Assembly: GCA_965198005.1 (NCBI GenBank)
Contig: CBDAOI010000002.1
Location: 1 to 64,000 of the forward strand
Direction: 5' to 3'
DNA: 64,000 bases
From: Spirochaetia bacterium
GTDB taxonomy: Bacteria; Spirochaetota; Spirochaetia; SZUA-6; Bin103
Each line of letters starts with the position of its first letter. The first letter of the stretch is position 1. A program made the translations under genes and the position numbers. The notes below the pieces were generated by a model, which ran no database searches, had not been told where the DNA came from, and saw only the letters and a program-made list of their open reading frames with translations. This document shows positions 8,409-18,879 of this stretch, piece by piece.

Positions 8409-10317
8409 CAGCAATTCTCGGGGAACGGCAAAACATCATTAACAGTAACACAACATTGCGGGCGAAAGGTTACAGAAAAAGTCTTGAGGGCGAGATCGCA
8501 AGCCCTGTCATAAGCTCAAGCCCTCCGAGTGTGTGAAACGCGACCATGCCCACCTGTTGGCCCACCGAGTGAATGCACGCACGGTCCGACCCGGCAGAAA
8601 TTCTGTAACTGATTGCAGGTGAAGTATTTAGCCACCGTCATGCAGCCGCGTGCGATGACCTGACCACCGTCAGCCACCGCCGCTCGGCCGATGCCGCGGG
8701 CTGGCGCGGTGCGGCGATCGGCCCTTCGGGGCCGGTTGCCCGCGCGCCGCCGGCACACCTGCGCCGCAGCCCCAGTCAGGGATCGTTCAGGGAGCAGGTT
8801 CAGTTCCCCAGGGAGCGGCTACCCGGACAGCGGCTGCGGCGGCGAGTTCATCCGCACCAGCACCTGGTCCCACGACGGGAACAGGAATAGCCGAAACGTG
8901 GCACGGATCGCGCCCCAGAACTCCCGGCGCGACCCGAACCCAGCCCGCACCTGCTGATACAGACCGTCCACCAGCTCGAATATCTGGTGCATGAAATAGG
9001 CCAGCAGGCCCGGCACGAAGAACGCCTCCGACAGGTACTTGTCACCATGGCCGAAGTTGTGCTCCAGGTGATAGCCCTGGTTCTTCAGCGCTTCAGCGCT
9101 TCAGCGTATTGAACCCCTCGTTCTCGATCTTCCAGCGTGCCCGTCCCGCACGCACGATCCGCGCTACGCTGCCAGCGGTCGGCACCAAGTCGGTCACCCA
9201 GGCGTTTTGATAGGTGGGCGTGCCGGCACGTACGATGCGGTAGTGCACGAAGTTGATCTGGGGACTGCGGGGCTTGCCGTTCAGCGGTACCCCGGTAACC
9301 CACTCGTATTCATGCCGGTCCCCGGTCGCGTCGATGGTGCAGCGGTGGCCAGCAGCCGACCGCGGCGCAGCCCGTCGATATCCTGGTACAGGCTGGTGTG
9401 ATCCTCCGGCTTGGCCACCAGCAGAAACGAGAAGCGGGCGGCGCGCACCTGTTCGATGAACGGTTGCTTGGAGTACAGACTATCGGCGACGATCACCGCA
9501 GCCAGCCGGGGATGGTCGTTACGGATGCGCTGCACGGCACGGTAGCCGGCTTTTATTTCACAGTCCTGCTTGCGGCGTTTGGCGCTCTTGGCGCCAGAGT
9601 CATCGGCGTTGTGAATGAACACGGGAGCCAACGGCAGCACCTGCCGCTTGTCGGGGTGGACGATGGCGGTCTGCAGGATGTCGTGGTGGTAGCGTACGGT
9701 GCCGTTGTTGGTGGCGGTCAGACAGCACTCACAGTTCACCTGGTACGAGCTGAAGTACTGGGAGCCGTCCATGGTGATGAGGTAGCGACCGTCGAGAAAC
9801 TGATAGTGCTGCAGCCATTTGGCGTCCTGCATGCGCCCTATCCAGTCGCCGAAGCAGCCGAGCAGCGGTTCATAGTCATGGCTGTCGAGCAGATCGCGGA
9901 ACTGGGAGTCGGCAGGGATCTGAGCGACGCCAAACGTAGAGTTGAGGTTGTTGGTGCGGAGTTCGTCCTGGAAGCGGCGTTGGAACTCCAGCACGGAAGG
10001 GTCTTGGAGGTAAAACAAGGCGAAACCACACACGTAGCAATCCTGCAGGGAGTACCGGACCTTGCTGGCTTGGCGGGTATCGACGACCTTGGCGGCGTGC
10101 AGGTTCAAGGAGACCAGGAGCGCACGAAAACGAAGTAATAATGGACCTCTGCGGCGACCTCTTGCCATAGGAGACAGCATGACAACCCTGGGATCGAGTG
10201 TCCAGCCGGTAGGCAACTTATTACCTGGTCATGACCTACACGACCACTTACGTGCCGTCCCGCCCGCCATTGCCCCCCACGCCGACCCTCTCAATTTTTG
10301 TTCACCGAGAATTGCTG
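8409..10317 (-). mobile_element. Insertion sequence (ISNCY/ISAs1-related DDE type) with terminal IR CAGCAATTCTCGG(T/G)GAAC
   Basis: Inverted repeats at 8409 and 10317 enclosing the transposase; the same ends recur at 21843, 35942 and 62350. Confidence 0.85.
8819..10168 (-). pseudogene. Frameshifted DDE transposase
   Basis: DGSQYFSS..C.CC, KQDCE, ADSLY, GRARWKIENE motifs; 1-nt deletion near 9348 and CTTCAGCG x3 at 9083-9106 relative to the copy at 36342-37502. Confidence 0.88.
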
Positions 10318-11052
10318 GCCTGGGGCTCGACGGATCGATGATGAAGCGCCATGATGACAGTCAGCGCAGTGGCCGGTTGGCGGTCACGTTCGCTCACCCC
10401 GGTGACCCCGACCAGTCGTTGACGGCGCGCGGCCTCTATGCTAGCTTGCCTCGCCTGGGGTTCGACAGATCAATGATGAAGCGCCATGATGACAGTCAGC
10501 GCAGTGGCCGGTTGGCGGTCACGTTCGGTGACGTCCGAGTCGTTGACAGGATGGCCGCGTCCATAGCAAGCTTGCCTCGCCTGAGGTGGGGTTCGACGGA
10601 TCGATGATGAAGCGCCATGATGACGCGCCAGGATGGCGTAAGCGTAGTGACCGGTGGCCGGTGATGTTCGGTGACGTGCGAGTCGTTGACAGGCTGGTCG
10701 CGTCCATAGCAAGCTTGCCTCGCCTCGGCTTCGACGGATCGATGATGACGCGCCATGACGACAGTCAGCGCAGTGACCGGTTGGCGGTGACGTTCGGTGA
10801 CCGCCGAGTCGTTGACAGGCGCGCCGCGCCTATGCTAGCGTGCCTCGCCTGGGGCGACGGATGCCGATGAAGCGCCATGATGACAGTCAGCGCAGTGACG
10901 GGTTGCCGGTGACCTTCGCTCACCCCGGTGACCCCCACGAGTCGTTGACGGCGCGCCGCTCCTATGCTAGCGTGCCTCACCTGGGGTTCGACGGATGGTC
11001 ATGAAGGGTCACGATGACAGGCAGCGCAGTGACCGGTTAGTTGTGACGCAGC
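10318..11052 (+). repeat. Tandem array of six imperfect 125-143-bp units (last one partial)
   Basis: Units start near 10318, 10453, 10579, 10722, 10847, 10979; core gcgccatgatgacagtcagcgcagtg(g/a)ccggttggcggt...gagtcgttgac. Confidence 0.92.
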
Positions 11053-11069
11053 CAGTGCATCCTGCTACC

Positions 11070-11883
11070 GTCGGGTAGAGCGCTGGCGCGCGCGCCCGTA
11101 GGCCACGTTTCCAGCGCCCCCCCTGAGATTCCGTACGTCGGGTTTTCCCACAGTACGGCTCGAAGCTCAGGTGCCCGCAAGCTCACGGCGGCCCTTCCCG
11201 GTACGATAGCAACCACGCTCAGCCTGATCCCTGGCTACGTGGGCGCTGTCCCCGGTTTGACCATCGCTTCGAGCCAACGGCTGTATCCACCGTTCCCCGG
11301 CTCAGTGTCCGGGCGGTGCATTTCCACTGGCTCCTCCTGAGCCCTGAGGCCCTCGCTCCAGCCGCGTTATGTTGTCGCGGCCATCGTCGCTTGGTGGCCT
11401 CATCCGCCAGTCTGCTGCTCTCCGTTCCACTTCCCGCCATCCAGCGGTTATAGGTCCGGTCCTTGGCATTCGAGGATCATCCTGCCTGAGCAGCACACCT
11501 TCCGGGCTTTCACTGCTGAACTATCCAGAATTGCCGCCTTCAACTTCCGCCGGGAGCCTACCGCGTGCACTTCCCAGTTTCTTCCGCAGCAGCACTGGCC
11601 ATCGGGTAGGAGGGGGAAACCCTTGGCACTCCGAGATCCAGCAACCAACTTCCCGCTGGGGAGGTTTTCGGCGATTAGTCCGTTCGCTCTCGCTACGGCC
11701 CTTCTGGTTGTTAGCCTCCTAGGTTGGTCGGTCGGGCTCACGCCCTCCCCTGAGTACGTTTACTTCCGGGCTTTCAGCCGTCAGAGTCGCCCCTGTCGAC
11801 TGCCGGATATAACTACGGCGCCACACTGGGATTTGCGCCGGCGGGACTTACACCCGCAAGTTCAGCAGCTAGCCTCGCTGCGC
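11070..11883 (-). ncRNA. ORF-less group II intron, copy 1 (814 nt)
   Basis: 5' GCGCAGCGAGG; domain V GAGCCGTACTGTGGGAAAACCCGACGTACGGAATCTC (AGC triad); domain VI ending CTCTACCCGAC; no RT ORF. Confidence 0.88.
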
Positions 11884-11887
11884 CCCC

Positions 11888-12700
11888 GTCGGGTAGAGCG
11901 CTGGCGCGCGCGCCCGTAGGCCACGTTTCCAGCGCCCCCCCTGAGATGCCGTACGTCGGGTTTTCCCACGGTACGGCTCAAAGCTCAGGTGCCCTTAAGC
12001 TCACGACTGCCCTTCCCGGTACGATAGCAACCACGCTCAGCCTGATCCCTTGCTACGTGGGCGCTGTCCCCGGTTTGACCATCGCTTCGAGCCAACGGCT
12101 GTATCCACCGTTCCCCGGCTCAGTGTCCGGGCGGTGCATTTCCACCGGCTCCTCCTGAGCCCTGAGGCCCTCGCTCCAGCCGCGTTATGTTGTCGCGGCC
12201 ATCTTCGCTTGCCGGCCTCATCCGCCAGTCTGCTGCTCTCCGTTCCACTTCCCGCCATCCGACGGTTATAGGTCCGGTCCTTGGCATTCAAGGATCATCC
12301 TGCCTGAGCAGCACACCTTCCGGGCTTTCACTGTTGAACTATCCAGAATTGCCGCCTTCAACTTCCGCCGGGAGCCTGCTGCGTGCACTTCCCAGTATCT
12401 TCCGCAGCAGCACTGGCCATCGGGTAGGGGAGGAAACCCTTGGCACTCCAATATCCAGCAACCAACTTCCCGCTGGGGGGGATTTCGGCGATTCGTCCGT
12501 TCGCTCTCGCTACGGCCCTTCTGGTTGTTAGCCTCCTAGGTTGGTCGGTCGGGCTCGCGCCCTTCCCTGAGTACGTTTACTTCCGGGCTTTCAGCCGTCA
12601 GAGTCGCCCCTGTCGGCTGCCGGATATAACTACGGCGCCACACTGGGATTTGCGCCGGCGGGACCTTCACCCGCAAGTTCAACAGCTAGCCTCGCTGCAC
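11888..12700 (-). ncRNA. ORF-less group II intron, copy 2 (813 nt)
   Basis: 5' GTGCAGCGAGG; domain V GAGCCGTACCGTGGGAAAACCCGACGTACGGCATCTC; 3' CTACCCGAC; near-identical to copy 1, 4 nt apart. Confidence 0.88.
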
Positions 12701-13294
12701 CCCCCCCCCCCCACTTTTTCGAACCGAGAAACAACTAACCGCTCCGGCTGATCGCCGCGCACGCGCCCCCGCGCACGCCGTCGCCTCCACTACCGCCGTA
12801 GCTATCGGTGGCACCGGCTCCGTCCATAGCCGAACCGGCATGCGGGCCGCCCACGCCGTTGTCGGCGACCGCGACCGTGCCGGATCCCCGCCCGCGACTA
12901 ACTGCGCGCAAAACCCACCGCCTGCGTCGCCGGTCAATCACCCTCGCTGCTTCGCCGGCCACCGCCGCGCGTGGCGTTGTGACGCAGGTCCCGACGTCCG
13001 CCGAGCGGTGGGCGTTTGCATGATGGGCCGCGCACGCGGATCCCATCTTACGTCAGCCATCTGGCAGGGCACCCTGTGCCCCAAGAAGGAGGTGAAGATG
13101 ATACTGAAAGAACCGCACGCGCGCGCGGTGTGAGCCCGGGCGAACCCGGTGAGTCACACGCCGCGCGCTTCAGCCATTTGACTCAAACTGGCCGTCTGCA
13201 TTGGCGGGCGCGCCCGCTGTTGCGGGCATAAGAGTAGCCAGGGAGCGCAAGTCGCTCCGCAATACTCTCGAAAAATCCACATAGGGAGAAACCT

Positions 13295-15106
13295 ATGAAC
13301 ATTGCAAAAATTAGTATGACCTTCGCGGTAGCGTTGGTCCTGGTGCTGACCGCAACCGGCCTCTGGGCCGGTGGCGCAGAAGACGAGCCGGCGGCCGCTG
13401 CCGACAAGAAGTACGTGACCGACCCCACCACCGGCAAGGTGGTGGTGGCGCCAGAGTACGGCGGGACATTAACCTATGCCTGGGGTGGAAGAGTAAGCGA
13501 TAATCAAGACCCCTTTGTTGTTGGCATGGAAGCGGGCTGGCTCATAGACGGTGTTAATGAGCGACTCGCCATCGGGGACTGGGCAATAGATAGGGACGAA
13601 TTTGACTTTAAAACGGATTATACCGAGTTTTTTGCCTTAACATGGGGTCTGGCGGAAAGCTGGGAAACGCCCGACCCACTGACTTACATCTTCCACATCC
13701 GTCAGGGCGTTCACTACGCCCTTGATCAAGACAGTGAGGCCAGCCGCTTAGTAAACGGGCGGGAGCTAACTGCCGATGATGTCGTATATACCTTGCAGCG
13801 TAATAACGTTCTGGGTGACTTCACCGAACGTCCGCAGAGGTCTTTTGCGGTTATCAACCTGCCATGGGAATCGATAGAGGCTATCGACAAATATACGGTT
13901 GTTATGAAGATGACGGATCCATCCCCCGGTGCACTAATGACTATCATCAGCGAACACATGCAGTGGATACTACCCCCCGAGGTAATCGAGCAATACGGCG
14001 ACTATAGTGATTGGAAGAACGTGGTCGGCACCGGGCCCCTTATACTGACTGACTATGTCGAAGGCGTCTCTAAAACCTATACCAAGAATCCCAACTACTG
14101 GGGCTACGACGAAAAATACCCGGAGAACCGCTTGCCCTATGTTGACGAGATAAGGGCCCTCCTTATGGCAGAAGAAGCAACACGTATATCGGCACTACGC
14201 ACGGGTAAGGTTGATATATTACAACACACCGGCGGTGCTATAAGATCCCTCGACGTGGTAAGGAGCCTCCAGAAGACCAACCCCGAAATCGAGGTGCACA
14301 CTTATTACCAGCGGGCGTTTCAGTCTTTTACTCTGAACATTCGCAACGCGCCCTTTGACGACGTCAGGGTGCGCCACGCACTGCAGATGGCACTGGACCT
14401 CGAGACGATTAACGATACCTACTATGCCGGTTATGCAAGGTTGGAAGACCCTAGGTGGAATAGCACCAAGGGGTATTACACCCCCTTTGAAGAGTGGCCT
14501 GAAGAGCTCAAGCAATACTACAGGTATGACCCGGAAGGTGCTGAGAAGCTCCTTGATGAGGCTGGATATCCGCGCGGCGCGGACGGCGTTCGATTCCAGA
14601 CCGTCTATGACCACCCGGACCACTCAGATTTGGGCTATGCGGAAATAGCTGCCGGCTACTGGGCTGATATTGGCGTTGATCTAACGATTAATGTTCTTGA
14701 CCCGCCGACTTATGTGGCTAATAGAGGAGAACATAATTATGAGATGTCCAAAGGCGACATGGCGTTTTCTGGGAACCCTGCCATATTCATAGGCTTTTAT
14801 CGCGCGGACACCCTATTTCTGCGCGAATGGTTGGGCGGAGTCGAGACCCCTGAGCTGACCGCCGCCTATGATGCCTTTTTCGCCGCTACCACCGTTGAGG
14901 GGCAGATGAAGGCATTTAGAGAGTTTGATATGGCCCTGGTTAAGCAGCACAATCAGATATGGGGTCCTCTGGCTCCACAGTTTCAGGCGAACCAGCCGTG
15001 GGTCGAAGGTTTTAACGGTGAATTCGGGATAGGAGAGCTGCAGTATCATACCATCCTCGCCCGCCTCTGGATTGATAGTGAGCTGAAGGAAGCAATGGGT
15101 CATTAG
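13295..15106 (+). CDS. ABC substrate-binding protein family 5 (SBP2)
   Basis: Signal peptide, PEYGGTLT, LAESWE, VGTGP, KNPNYWG, PFDDVRVRHALQMA; paralogue of SBP1. Confidence 0.93.
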   Translation: MNIAKISMTFAVALVLVLTATGLWAGGAEDEPAAAADKKYVTDPTTGKVVVAPEYGGTLTYAWGGRVSDNQDPFVVGMEAGWLIDGVNERLAIGDWAIDRDEFDFKTDYTEFFALTWGLAESWETPDPLTYIFHIRQGVHYALDQDSEASRLVNGRELTADDVVYTLQRNNVLGDFTERPQRSFAVINLPWESIEAIDKYTVVMKMTDPSPGALMTIISEHMQWILPPEVIEQYGDYSDWKNVVGTGPLILTDYVEGVSKTYTKNPNYWGYDEKYPENRLPYVDEIRALLMAEEATRISALRTGKVDILQHTGGAIRSLDVVRSLQKTNPEIEVHTYYQRAFQSFTLNIRNAPFDDVRVRHALQMALDLETINDTYYAGYARLEDPRWNSTKGYYTPFEEWPEELKQYYRYDPEGAEKLLDEAGYPRGADGVRFQTVYDHPDHSDLGYAEIAAGYWADIGVDLTINVLDPPTYVANRGEHNYEMSKGDMAFSGNPAIFIGFYRADTLFLREWLGGVETPELTAAYDAFFAATTVEGQMKAFREFDMALVKQHNQIWGPLAPQFQANQPWVEGFNGEFGIGELQYHTILARLWIDSELKEAMGH

Positions 15107-15139
15107 GCGTTTCGCCCCTTATGGCTGACGTCAGGGGAA

Positions 15140-15530
15140 AAGGGGAGCTGGGGGGCTTAAGCCTCCCGGCTCCCACACACGATGTCATTGCGAGGCGCGC
15201 TTTCTTACTGTCATTCCTGGCGGAGACCCGGAATCTAGAAAACGCAACCATTTGAAATTACTCTGGATTCCGCCTTTCGGCGGAATGACGGGGGAATCAA
15301 GGGGGACACCACCTTGAACCCCCGTTTCAAAGGGGTTTCACCCCTCTGCACTCCCCAAAGCGGTGAGAGGCGAGTTTCCCGGCAGGGGTCATTCGCACCT
15401 TAGAGAGTGCCGCGCCCTTCAGTGGAAGGGGCCGGAAAGACGTGGAAGGTGGATTCCGGTTTTCACCGGAATGACGCGAGCCTGCCCCGTACCTGATACG
15501 GGGTTGGGATATATACCGCAATGACGGGGA
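15140..15530. repeat. REP-like palindrome block, inverted paralogue of 5200-5720
   Basis: gtcattcctggcggagacccggaatctag, ctggattccgcctttcggcggaatgac, tggattccggttttcaccggaatgac. Confidence 0.75.
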
Positions 15531-15551
15531 AATGGCAAGGAAGAGTGTCAC

Positions 15552-16511
15552 ATGAGAGCCTACATCATTCGGCGGCTGCTGCTGGTCATCCCCACGTTGT
15601 TCATTCTGAGCGTGTTGGTGTTCCTGTCCGTCCGCTTCATCCCCGGCGACGTCATCGACGTTATAGCCGGTCGCATGGCATTCACCGGAGGCGGCCAGCT
15701 CGACCGCGCGACCATCGAACAGCGGCTCGGCCTTGACCTGCCGATCCACGTGCAGTACGGCCGCTGGATCGGCGGCATCCTCCTGCGCGGCACCCTCGGC
15801 GAGTCGCTGCTGGGAGGTTGGCGCATCGAGGAGCGCATGCTGGGACGACTGCCGGTCACCGCCGAGCTCGGGCTGCTGGCCATCCTCATCGGCCTGGTCA
15901 TCGCGCTGCCGGTGGGCATCTACTCGGCGGTGCGCCAGTACACCGCCGCCGACTATGTGGGACGGTCGGTCGCCATCATGGGGCTGGCGACGCCCAACTT
16001 CTGGCTGGGAACCATGGTGATGATCTACCCCGCCATCTGGTGGGCGTGGTCGCCACCGATGGAGCTGGTGCCGTTCGCCCAGGACCCACTGGGCAACCTC
16101 GGCATGTTCCTCATCCCCAGCCTGATCCTCGGCACCTACCTGTCGGCCAGCACCATGCGCATGACGCGTACCATGATGCTGGAGGTGCTGCGCCAGGACT
16201 ACATCAGGACCGCCTGGGCCAAGGGTCTGCTTGAGCGGTCGGTGATCCTGCGCCACGCGGTCAAGAACGCCATCATCCCGGTGGTGACGCTGGTGGGCAT
16301 GCAGCTGCCGATCCTGGTGGGCGGCTCGGTCATTATCGAGAATATCTTCAACCTGCCGGGGCTGGGGCGGCTGATGCTGGACGCCCTCAACGAGCGCGAC
16401 TACCCGGTGGTGTCGGCGGTGAATCTGTTCTTCGCCACGGTGGTGGTGTTCGTCAACCTGCTGACCGATCTGCTGTACGCGTCGCTGGACCCGCGGATTC
16501 GCTACGAATGA
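15552..16511 (+). CDS. ABC permease DppB/OppB-like, cassette 2
   Basis: MRAYIIRRLL...QDYIRTAWAKGL...LDPRIRYE. Confidence 0.93.
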   Translation: MRAYIIRRLLLVIPTLFILSVLVFLSVRFIPGDVIDVIAGRMAFTGGGQLDRATIEQRLGLDLPIHVQYGRWIGGILLRGTLGESLLGGWRIEERMLGRLPVTAELGLLAILIGLVIALPVGIYSAVRQYTAADYVGRSVAIMGLATPNFWLGTMVMIYPAIWWAWSPPMELVPFAQDPLGNLGMFLIPSLILGTYLSASTMRMTRTMMLEVLRQDYIRTAWAKGLLERSVILRHAVKNAIIPVVTLVGMQLPILVGGSVIIENIFNLPGLGRLMLDALNERDYPVVSAVNLFFATVVVFVNLLTDLLYASLDPRIRYE

Positions 16512-16520
16512 GGCACGCTC

Positions 16521-17477
16521 ATGGGTGACGTATCCCAGCTGACGCCGGTCGGCACCGAGCCGGCCGCTGGGGCGGCTCCGGCGGGGCAGGCCGGAGCGCG
16601 GCCGTTCTTCGGCCGGCTGGTCCGCGAGCAGCCGTTGGGGACCGCCGGCGGCATCGTCATCCTGATCCTGGTGCTGGTGAGCATCTTCGCCGATGGGCTG
16701 GCGCCCTATCGCTACCAGGAGATCCATCTGCATGACCGCCTGCAGGCCCCCTCGGCCCAGTACCTGCTGGGCACCGACCACGTGGGGCGCGACCTGCTGA
16801 GCCGCCTCATCCACGGGGCGCGGCTGTCGCTGACGGTGGGGCTGGCCGCTACGGTCCTCACCGTCGTGGTGGCAGTGCTGATCGGCGGCATCACCGGCTT
16901 CATCGGCGGGCGGCTGGACCTGGTGACGCAGCGTTTCGTCGACGCCTGGATGGCGTTCCCCGGGCTGCTGTTGCTGCTCACCATCATGTCGATAGCCGGC
17001 CGCGGCATGGCGCAGATCATCATCGTGCTGGGGGTGTCGGGCGGCATCCCGGCCTCGCGGGTGGTTCGCGGTGCGGTGCTGGGGGTCAAGGAGAACGTCT
17101 ACTTCCAGGCGGCGCAGGCGATCGGCAGCTCGCGCCGGCGCTCGTTGCTGCGCCACGTGCTGCCCAACATCGCCGCGCCCATCATCATCATCTTCAGCAT
17201 CAACGTCGGCGGGGTGATCATGTCGGAGGCGGCGCTGAGCTTTCTCGGCTTCGGACTGCCACCGGACATACCGAGCTGGGGCGGCATGCTCAGCCGCGAG
17301 GGGCGGCAGTACATGGAGATAGCGCCGCATCTGGCGCTGTGGCCGGGGCTGTGCCTGACCGTCGTCGTCTACAGCCTCAACATGTTCGGCGACGCGGTGC
17401 GCGATCTGCTGGATCCCCGGCTGCGCGGCCGGCTCGGGCGCTACGGCGCGGGCAAAGGCCAGCTGACCTCGAGCTGA
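16521..17477 (+). CDS. ABC permease DppC/OppC-like, cassette 2
   Basis: LLGTDHVGRD, RHVLPN, GDAVRDLLDPR. Confidence 0.93.
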   Translation: MGDVSQLTPVGTEPAAGAAPAGQAGARPFFGRLVREQPLGTAGGIVILILVLVSIFADGLAPYRYQEIHLHDRLQAPSAQYLLGTDHVGRDLLSRLIHGARLSLTVGLAATVLTVVVAVLIGGITGFIGGRLDLVTQRFVDAWMAFPGLLLLLTIMSIAGRGMAQIIIVLGVSGGIPASRVVRGAVLGVKENVYFQAAQAIGSSRRRSLLRHVLPNIAAPIIIIFSINVGGVIMSEAALSFLGFGLPPDIPSWGGMLSREGRQYMEIAPHLALWPGLCLTVVVYSLNMFGDAVRDLLDPRLRGRLGRYGAGKGQLTSS

Positions 17478-17694
17478 CACGCCCGGCCATCGAGGCGTTT
17501 GACGCCGGCGGTGCAACGGCAAGTGGCACCGATTGACGTCCGTTCATTCCTTCATTCCCGATTGATCACGTCTACCCCGACGCCGGGATTCGCGATGCCG
17601 ACCCTCCGCCTGGGGCGATATGACGCCGGATGTCCGGTGACCTCCACCCGTGGCGCCCTCCCTGCCGCCAGGAGTGTGCGTGCGCCGGCGGCAG

Positions 17695-17885
17695 TTCCGG
17701 AGGCGCGCCCGGAACGCGCCCGACCAGGTCAACCAGCGCCGGTCTGGTATGGGCGTGACCTGGCCGGTCAGCCCGAAGCAACGCCAGGGCACCGCGGCAC
17801 CGCAGACCGAGTCGGCGAAGTGACTCATCACACGACTGACGTGTCGTCCGTTCGTGGGCCCCGTCCAACGCGGTCCGCCGCGCGC
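17695..17885. repeat. Non-coding repeat R1 (copies at 23606-23802 and partial 24088-24155)
   Basis: Shared ttccggaggcgcgcccggaa.gcgcccgaccaggtcaac...tatgggcgtgacctggccggtcagc and cacacgactgacg.gtcgtccgttc. Confidence 0.85.
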
Positions 17886-18075
17886 ACGCAGGTCGGCGTC
17901 ACCGCGCCAAGGATGGCGAGCGTGCGGCTGCCCTATGCAAGCTTGGGGCGGGGCGTCCGGAGTCCGCGACGATTCAGCCCAGCGGCGCCGGGCCCCCGGG
18001 CAATCGCAACGCTCCCCTCTCATCGGCCGCCACGCACGAAACCGTTCCCGAAGCGGCGCGCCCAGGGACTTGGCG

Positions 18076-18432
18076 TCATTCGGGCAGTCTTCGGAAGCGA
18101 ACTCGAGCCGGTGTGACGACTACGAAAGAGCCGACGAGGCGTCGCGCATACTTGGCGACAAGATCGACAACATCTCCGCCGATCTCGCCACGAGCCCCCG
18201 ACGGGTATCTGAGCAAGACGACACCAAGGCTCGGCTCTGCGTGTGCGAAAACCAGCTGCCCGAAGTCCTTGTCTTCGGTCAGCAGGAGGCGAGCATCGCT
18301 CACCGCGAGGTCAATGACTTCGGAGTCGGGTGCCTGTGCGTTCGACTCAGCCACTGCCACGACATCGTGTTCGGCATCCCGGAGAGCCCGGACCACCGCA
18401 TAGTCGCAGCTCTCGTCGGCCAGGAAGCGCAC
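18076..18432 (-). CDS. DUF5615 PIN-like toxin
   Basis: MRFLADES...DSEVIDLA...LLTEDKDFG; directly downstream of DUF433. Confidence 0.85.
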   Translation of the reverse strand: MRFLADESCDYAVVRALRDAEHDVVAVAESNAQAPDSEVIDLAVSDARLLLTEDKDFGQLVFAHAEPSLGVVLLRYPSGARGEIGGDVVDLVAKYARRLVGSFVVVTPARVRFRRLPE

Positions 18433-18434
18433 TG

Positions 18435-18668
18435 CTATCGGGAGTGCTGAACGAAGATGGTCTCGTCGTTGGCGACCGTGTCCGCTGCGAAGCGCACGGC
18501 GGCTCGCACGTCCTCGCGAGTGATCCGTGGGTATGCATCGAGGAGGTCGTCCTCAGACGCACCCTCGCTCAGTTTTCGCAGCAGCAATTCAACAGTGACT
18601 CGGGTGCCGCGTATCACCGGTTTCCCCAACATCACCTCTGCGTTGATCTCGATCCTGTCCCCGCTCAT
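18435..18668 (-). CDS. DUF433 antitoxin
   Basis: RIEINAEVMLGKPVIRGTRVTVE...YPRITREDVRAA. Confidence 0.88.
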   Translation of the reverse strand: MSGDRIEINAEVMLGKPVIRGTRVTVELLLRKLSEGASEDDLLDAYPRITREDVRAAVRFAADTVANDETIFVQHSR

Positions 18669-18741
18669 AGCCAGAAGAACTCCCCTATCCAATATGGCAC
18701 TTCCCACCGTCGCCCGCCAGCGCTTCGCGGTCTCCGCCAAC

Positions 18742-18879
18742 AAGGGGCCTTCGGACACGTTCTGAATCGGCCAATGGGCCCTTTTGCCGGATCACGGGTG
18801 TCGCCATTGTGCTGATGTCGCGGGCGCACCGTTAGTGACAGTTGGCCGGTGGTGCGCGCGTGGATCGTGGTGGCGTGAG
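18742..18879. repeat. Non-coding repeat R2 (copy at 24314-24452)
   Basis: ccaatgggcccttttgccggatcac...gccattgtgctgatgtcgcgggcgcaccgttagtgac near-identical in both. Confidence 0.88.

Noticed and set aside
10318-11052. CRISPR array
   Set aside because: Units are similar along their whole length with no unique spacers, and no cas genes are present
10318-11052. Multiheme cytochrome repeat (CADCHH in one minus-strand frame) or tmRNA/tRNA (GGGG..TTCGAC)
   Set aside because: Frames contain stops and unit lengths break frame; no cloverleaf, tag ORF or CCA end
11219-12751. Short ORFs inside the intron copies as intron-encoded proteins
   Set aside because: No RT (YADD) or maturase motifs; too short; they overlap RNA structural domains
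12731-12910. Integron attC site beginning at AACTAAC
   Set aside because: No matching downstream L boxes or GTTRRRY at a suitable distance; no integrase
15327-17522. 731-aa minus-strand ORF and similar long ORFs (1343-3019, 26872-28347, 30270-31517, 36510-37733, 41930-43315)
   Set aside because: Antisense shadows of well-supported genes in high-GC DNA, with no recognisable motifs
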